From: Nitrosopumilus maritimus SCM1
GTDB taxonomy: Archaea; Thermoproteota; Nitrososphaeria; Nitrososphaerales; Nitrosopumilaceae
DNA: 32,000 nt
Assembly (NCBI RefSeq): GCF_000018465.1
Contig: NC_010085.1
Coordinates: 990,001-1,022,000 of the forward strand
Direction: 5' to 3'
The notes beneath the pieces are model-generated. The model made no database searches and was not told the origin of the DNA. It was given only the letters and a program-made list of their open reading frames with translations. This document shows, piece by piece, positions 27,166-32,000 of the stretch; position 1 is the first letter of the stretch; each line of letters begins with the position of its first letter. The position numbers were made by a program, and so were the translations under genes.

Positions 27166-27402
27166 TTGCTTGAAAAACAATTTGATGCAGATGTATTGTA
27201 TAACAGAATAGTTCATTTCTACATGGATAAGAAAGGATACACTAAGGAAAAGGCAAATGAGATTGCACAGTCAGTTGTTCAAAAAGAAGCTCAAAGAAGA
27301 ATTTGCAAAAATGAAAAATGTAAACATTATTCCCATGATCACATAAGAAATGCTGAAACCTGTCTAGTTGCCGAATGTGACTGTCATAAATTTGTCAAGT
27401 AA
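27166..27402 (+). CDS. Small Cys/His-rich protein
   Basis: 78 aa, TTG start: RICKNEKCKHYSHDHIRNAETCLVAECDCHKFVK suggests metal binding. Confidence 0.7.
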   Translation: MLEKQFDADVLYNRIVHFYMDKKGYTKEKANEIAQSVVQKEAQRRICKNEKCKHYSHDHIRNAETCLVAECDCHKFVK

Positions 27403-28378
27403 AATCATCTAAAGAATTTTCAAGTAATGGTTGAGCGCTTATTCCAAGTTTTTTCTTCAAATGTTCTGCAAATTCCTCAACAAACCCATGGATTGTGTAT
27501 ACTTGTTCAGCTCCAGATTGGTTCACCATATCTACAAGTTCATTAAAATCACAATGATCACTCATTGGAATAGAATAATCAGTTCTTCGTCCAAAAGAAA
27601 ATTTTGTAGACTGGGCCCATCCACTAAATCCAATTGTTACTGCACCATACTTTAATTTCATTTCTTGAATGAATTTACTTTTTGCAGACATCATAGGAGC
27701 AACCATAATCCAAGGTTTCTTATCTAGCAATCCATTTTTTTGAGCCTCAGAATGTCCCATTCCATCTTTTAGATCAACACCGAATTTTTGATGAAGAGTA
27801 TTCATTTCTTTAACAGAATCATGAAAGTAAAGAGGGCCCCAATGACCAAATAGCTGAGTAATGGTTTGTGCTTTTCCTAACTGATATCCCATCAAAATTA
27901 CAGGTATGCCTTTACCATACAATTCAGAAATTAGTTCATTGACCTGTTTTTGGATTTCCTCCATTTTTGGAAAGACAAACTCGGGCAAGCCAAATGTACA
28001 TTCAGTGATTAACGTCTTGCATTTTGGAATTTTTGCACCTTGAAGAAATCCACGATTTCGTGTACAGATATCACCAGTGTAGAAAATATCATCAAATAGT
28101 AGCCCTTTGGCTCCAAGGATGTGGCCGCTATCAATTAGTGAAAAATCATCAAGGGATTCAATGTGATTTTCCATTTTGAATCCACGCAGATTAGCAATTT
28201 CATTGGTTTCAATTGAAGACAAAATTGTTCCACCATTTTTTGATGGAAGATGATCAGCATGAGCATGAGATACAAAATTTATTCCTGTGGCATCAGCGTT
28301 TTTTGGATCTAAACAAACGCGTCTATCATTTACCTCACACAGGATACCATTTTTTGTCATCCTGACTTTTCTAGGCAA
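27395..28378 (-). CDS. Metallo-beta-lactamase-fold exonuclease / mRNA 3'-end processing factor-like protein
   Basis: 327 aa: FVSHAHADHLPS, GHILGAKGLLFDD.FYTGDICTRNRGFLQGAKIPKC, and MSDHCDFNELVDMVNQSGAEQVYTIHG. Confidence 0.88.
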   Translation of the reverse strand: MPRKVRMTKNGILCEVNDRRVCLDPKNADATGINFVSHAHADHLPSKNGGTILSSIETNEIANLRGFKMENHIESLDDFSLIDSGHILGAKGLLFDDIFYTGDICTRNRGFLQGAKIPKCKTLITECTFGLPEFVFPKMEEIQKQVNELISELYGKGIPVILMGYQLGKAQTITQLFGHWGPLYFHDSVKEMNTLHQKFGVDLKDGMGHSEAQKNGLLDKKPWIMVAPMMSAKSKFIQEMKLKYGAVTIGFSGWAQSTKFSFGRRTDYSIPMSDHCDFNELVDMVNQSGAEQVYTIHGFVEEFAEHLKKKLGISAQPLLENSLDDFT

Positions 28379-28436
28379 TGAAATTCATGAAAATAAGATT
28401 TGATATAAATTGCAGGTTTGATCTACTATTTACTAG

Positions 28437-29054
28437 TTGCTAAATCTTGGAATTTTAATCTCAGGTCGCGGGAGCAACATGGAATCCATCCTAAAGTCAA
28501 TTAAGAAAAAAAAGATACCAATCAATCCAGCAGTGGTTATCTCAAACAAACCAGATGCAAAGGGTCTAAAAATTGCACAAAAACTTGGAGTAGACATTGA
28601 AGTTGTTGAAAGCAAAGGATTCAAAGGAAGTAGAGCAGAATATGACAAAAAAATTATTTCGGTTTTAACAAAATATGGAGTTACACCAAGAAATGGACTA
28701 GTATGTTTGGCAGGCTTTATGAGAATCATCAGTCCAGAATTTGTAAAAAAATACAAGAATCGAATTATCAATATTCATCCAGCATTATTGCCATCATTTC
28801 CAGGATTAGACGCACAAAAACAGGCATTAGAATATGGGGCAAAGTTTTCTGGATGCACAGTACATTTTGTTGATGCAGGAATGGATACGGGTCCAGTCAT
28901 AATCCAATCAATAGTCAAAGTAAAAGAAAATGATACTGAAAAATCACTATCAAAAAGAATTCTAAAAGAAGAACACAGAATTTATCCTGAAGCAGTCAAT
29001 CTCTTTGCAAGAAAAAAGATCAAAGTAACAGATCGTAGAACAAAAATAAGTTAA
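28437..29054 (+). CDS. purN: Phosphoribosylglycinamide formyltransferase
   Basis: 205 aa, TTG start: MLNLGILISGRGSNMESIL, VCLAGFMRIISPEFV...IINIHPALLPSFPGLDA, GCTVHFVDAGMDTGPVI. Confidence 0.95.
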   Translation: MLNLGILISGRGSNMESILKSIKKKKIPINPAVVISNKPDAKGLKIAQKLGVDIEVVESKGFKGSRAEYDKKIISVLTKYGVTPRNGLVCLAGFMRIISPEFVKKYKNRIINIHPALLPSFPGLDAQKQALEYGAKFSGCTVHFVDAGMDTGPVIIQSIVKVKENDTEKSLSKRILKEEHRIYPEAVNLFARKKIKVTDRRTKIS

Positions 29055-29371
29055 GAATCAGGGCCACCAAAAAAGTACAAAACTTTGAGCTCTTTTGTAT
29101 TTCCATGAAAATAATGCTCAACATCTTTTGCAACAAAAAACAGCTTATCTTTTGAAACCTTGTAATCTTTATCCTTAATTCGTAAAAATCCATCACCAGA
29201 AATCACATAATAGACTTCATCACTATCATGAGGAGTTTGTGTATCTTCTTCTCCAGGTTGAAGAACTAAAACTCCAGCAGCTAAACTATCTCGATTAATA
29301 AAAGTGTGAAAATAATCACTGCTGTTTTTGATTTTTTCTAGATACGTGGTTAAATCAAATTCTAGTTTCAA
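29051..29371 (-). CDS. Cupin-domain protein
   Basis: 106 aa: LVLQPGEEDTQTPHDSDEVYYVISGDGFLRIKDKDYKVSKDKLFFVAKDVEHYFHG. Confidence 0.88.
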   Translation of the reverse strand: MKLEFDLTTYLEKIKNSSDYFHTFINRDSLAAGVLVLQPGEEDTQTPHDSDEVYYVISGDGFLRIKDKDYKVSKDKLFFVAKDVEHYFHGNTKELKVLYFFGGPDS

Positions 29372-29372
29372 T

Positions 29373-29657
29373 TTATTCAGCAGCTACAGTGTATGTTTTT
29401 CTTTGAGGAGGTTCACTCATGTAAGAATGTCCTTGTGGATGAAGTTTTTCATGTTCAGGACTGTTATGCATTTTGATAAAAGTCTCCTTGCTTTCATGTT
29501 CTACAACAATTCTATAACTGCCATCAGCAGATTTTAGAAATTTTCTAGATATGAATCCAGGAAAGTTTGCCAAAACTTTGTTTGATTCTGAAAACCAACT
29601 TTTGAAGTCATCTTCAGCACCATCTTTGAGTTGAACGTCTGCTATCATTACAAACAT
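29373..29657 (-). CDS. Antibiotic biosynthesis monooxygenase (ABM)-like protein
   Basis: 94 aa: MFVMIADVQLKDGAEDDFKSWFSESNKVLANFPGFISRKFLKSADGSYRIVVEHESKETFIKMHNSPEHEKLH. Confidence 0.82.
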   Translation of the reverse strand: MFVMIADVQLKDGAEDDFKSWFSESNKVLANFPGFISRKFLKSADGSYRIVVEHESKETFIKMHNSPEHEKLHPQGHSYMSEPPQRKTYTVAAE

Positions 29658-29749
29658 GATGAAACTAGAAAAAATGACATTAAATTTCTTTTCTAAGATT
29701 TCAACGGCAGAATTCCAAGAATTAAATATCTACAAATCAAAAACATACC

Positions 29750-30613
29750 ATGACAGGAACTAAGATTGATGGCAAGGTAATTTCACAGTCAGTCAAAGAC
29801 AGAGTGAAAAAAGCCGTTGAAGAGTTAAAGAATCAAGGAATCAACCCGTGCCTGGCAACAGTTCTTGTAGGGGACAATCCAGCTTCTGCGACTTATGTAA
29901 GAAATAAACACAGAGCATGTGAAGAGGTAGGAATTACTACCAAGGATCATAAACTTGATGCAAGTACAACACAGGCTCAACTCAATGAAATTATCGAAAA
30001 TTTGAACAATGATAATTCAGTTCATGGAATCCTTGTTCAATTACCACTTCCAGAACAGCTAGATGAATTTACTACAACATCAAGGATTTCACCACTAAAA
30101 GATGTGGATGGTCTAACACCTCACAATGCAGGATTATTAGCAATGAAGAAAGCAGCACTTGTTGCATGTACACCATCAGGAGTAATGGAGATGTTTGATT
30201 ATCATGGAATAGAATTAGAAGGAAAAAATATTGTATTGATTAACAGGAGTAATCTTGTTGGAAAACCACTATATCATTTATTGTTAGACAAGAATGCAAC
30301 TGTAATTACATGTCATTCTAGAACAAAGAATTTGGTAGAACTGTGTCAATCAGCAGATATCATAATTACAGCAGTGGGAGATAGAAACAAGTTCACATTA
30401 ACTTCAGACATGATAAAAGAAGGAGCAATTGTTATTGATGTTGCAATATCAAGATTCCAAGAAAAATTAGTAGGGGATGCAGACTATGAAGACATTATTC
30501 AAAAAGCATCTTTTGCAACACCAGTTCCAGGAGGAGTTGGTCCAATGACAGTTGCAATGCTTTTGAAAAATACAATAACTGCAGCATCATTGAGTAGTCA
30601 AATTGGAAAATAA
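29750..30613 (+). CDS. folD: Methylenetetrahydrofolate dehydrogenase / cyclohydrolase
   Basis: 287 aa: LATVLVGDNPASATYVRNKHRACEEVGI, GILVQLPLPEQLDE, DGLTPHNAGLLA, and VPGGVGPMTVAMLLKNTITAA. Confidence 0.96.
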   Translation: MTGTKIDGKVISQSVKDRVKKAVEELKNQGINPCLATVLVGDNPASATYVRNKHRACEEVGITTKDHKLDASTTQAQLNEIIENLNNDNSVHGILVQLPLPEQLDEFTTTSRISPLKDVDGLTPHNAGLLAMKKAALVACTPSGVMEMFDYHGIELEGKNIVLINRSNLVGKPLYHLLLDKNATVITCHSRTKNLVELCQSADIIITAVGDRNKFTLTSDMIKEGAIVIDVAISRFQEKLVGDADYEDIIQKASFATPVPGGVGPMTVAMLLKNTITAASLSSQIGK

Positions 30614-31166
30614 TTCTGAAAAAAAATCACTGCGAAATCTTCTTTTAGAAAAAAGAGATGGTACATCATTTGATTTGATGAAGATTGCCAGTGAAAAAAT
30701 TAGTAAAAAATTAAAAAAAATTAAAACTTTCAGAGATGCTCAAAAGATTGGCGCATACTATCCAATTGGAAGTGAAGTACCAACTCAAGACATTATTCAA
30801 GAATTGCTCAGTGATGGAAAAGAGGTATTCTTGCCAAGAGTGTCAGGAGAAAACATGGATTTTAAGAAAATTAGTGATTTTTCGAGCCTAGAAAGTGGAA
30901 GTTTTGAGATAATGGAGCCAAAGATAGATTGTGAGACTGAAAATAACTTGGATGTAATTCTAGTACCTACTGTAGGCATTACCCCAAAAGGAATCAGATT
31001 AGGATACGGACATGGATTCTATGACAGATTTTTGTCAAATCACAAAATATCAACAATTTCTCTAACACTTGAAAAACAAGTTGTAAAAAATATCCCAAAA
31101 TCTGATCATGACATACTAATTGATTGGGTTGTCACTGAAGACAGAATTATAGATACTCATAGATAA
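30603..31166 (+). CDS. 5-formyltetrahydrofolate cyclo-ligase family protein
   Basis: 187 aa, TTG start overlapping folD: IGAYYPIGSEVPTQDIIQELLSDGKEVFLPRV and VILVPTVGITPKGIRLGYGHGFYDRFLS. Confidence 0.92.
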   Translation: MENNSEKKSLRNLLLEKRDGTSFDLMKIASEKISKKLKKIKTFRDAQKIGAYYPIGSEVPTQDIIQELLSDGKEVFLPRVSGENMDFKKISDFSSLESGSFEIMEPKIDCETENNLDVILVPTVGITPKGIRLGYGHGFYDRFLSNHKISTISLTLEKQVVKNIPKSDHDILIDWVVTEDRIIDTHR

Positions 31167-32000
31167 GACAATCCTTTTTTGCCAATATCTTTTCTGCAGA
31201 ACTTGTGAGGCCAAGAAATCTTTTCAGATGCAGTATATGCATTAGCAATTGCAGATTCCAAAGTGTCACCTAAGGCAGTCACTCCCAAAACACGTCCTCC
31301 ATTTGAGAGAATTTTCCCATCAGTCTGTTTTGTTCCTGCATGAAAGACATGTGCATTATCAGAAATAGAATCAAAACCAACAATCTCTTCATTCTTTGGA
31401 TAAGATTCAGGATATCCTTCTGAAGCTAAAACAACACATACAGAGTATTGGTCCTTCCAAGAGATTTCAGGCATTGAGGATAATTTGCCATCAGCACTTG
31501 CAACAAAATAATCATACAAATCAAAATCCATTCTCATGGTAATGGGTTGACATTCAGGATCACCCATTCTAACATTGTATTCTAAAACATATGGTTCGTT
31601 GTCTTTGATCATTATTCCAGCATAAAGAAATCCTTTGAATGTAATTCCCTCATTTTTCATAGACTGGATTGTTTTATCAATAATTTTTTCTTGAATTTTT
31701 TTGGCCAAATCTTCATCAATTATTGGGGTAGGAGAGTAAGCACCCATACCACCTGTGTTTGGACCTTTATCATCATCAAAAATTCGTTTATGGTCTTGGC
31801 TAGAAGCCATAGGGATAGCAACATTACCATCAGAAAGAGCAATGTATGAGGCCTCAATGCCATCAATTCTCTCCTCTACGATTATTCGATTTCCAGCATC
31901 ACCAAATGTCTTTTTTACCAAAATTGTTTGAATTGCAGAAATTGCCTCATCAGAACTATTACAGACAATTACACCCTTGCCAGCAGCCAAGCCGTCTGCT
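31157..32000 (-). CDS. purD: Phosphoribosylamine-glycine ligase, 5' end cut off by the window edge
   Basis: ADGLAAGKGVIVC...IIVEERIDGIEASYIALSDG, DHKRIFDDDKGPNTGGMGAYSP, EYNVRMGDPECQPI. The coding frame continues past the listed ORF start to the window end. Confidence 0.96.
   Translation of the reverse strand, partial: ADGLAAGKGVIVCNSSDEAISAIQTILVKKTFGDAGNRIIVEERIDGIEASYIALSDGNVAIPMASSQDHKRIFDDDKGPNTGGMGAYSPTPIIDEDLAKKIQEKIIDKTIQSMKNEGITFKGFLYAGIMIKDNEPYVLEYNVRMGDPECQPITMRMDFDLYDYFVASADGKLSSMPEISWKDQYSVCVVLASEGYPESYPKNEEIVGFDSISDNAHVFHAGTKQTDGKILSNGGRVLGVTALGDTLESAIANAYTASEKISWPHKFCRKDIGKKGLSYL

Noticed and set aside
1-32000. CRISPR arrays, insertion sequences, prophage, rRNA or tRNA genes
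   Set aside because: I looked for regularly spaced repeats, transposase or integrase-like proteins and GC-rich structured RNA blocks. I saw none, but tRNAs with introns could be missed by eye.

Overview
AT-rich, gene-dense archaeal chromosomal segment. Its gene content and protein style (CdvC/Vps4 ATPase, TrmB-like regulators, bacterial-type uvrBAC, halocyanin-like cupredoxin, F420/FMN split-barrel and LLM enzymes, GWW-repeat secreted protein) resemble ammonia-oxidising Thaumarchaeota such as Nitrosopumilus. I support about 36 protein genes. They include a partial carA, cdvC with two small upstream genes, a TrmB-like regulator, a RidA-family protein, a dicarboxylate/amino-acid symporter, a DUF3179 protein with a coupled membrane protein, a DHH phosphoesterase with a lysine-rich tail, citrate synthase, a cupredoxin, a uvrB-uvrA-uvrC operon, an LLM oxidoreductase, an Fe-dependent alcohol dehydrogenase, a glycerate 2-kinase family protein, an MBL-fold RNA-processing exonuclease, purN, folD, a 5-formyl-THF cyclo-ligase and a partial purD. 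I saw no tRNA, rRNA, CRISPR array or insertion sequence. The most interesting signal is upstream of cdvC. A tightly packed gene pair precedes it, and the first gene (4351..4908, minus) has the layout of a divergent CdvB/Snf7 (ESCRT-III-like) protein. The second (3863..4363) is an unassigned acidic helical protein. Other leads are a UvrC lacking its C-terminal helix-hairpin-helix region, the DUF3179/membrane-protein pair, the histone-H1-like tail on the DHH protein, a near-palindrome upstream of citrate synthase, and several small uncharacterised proteins.
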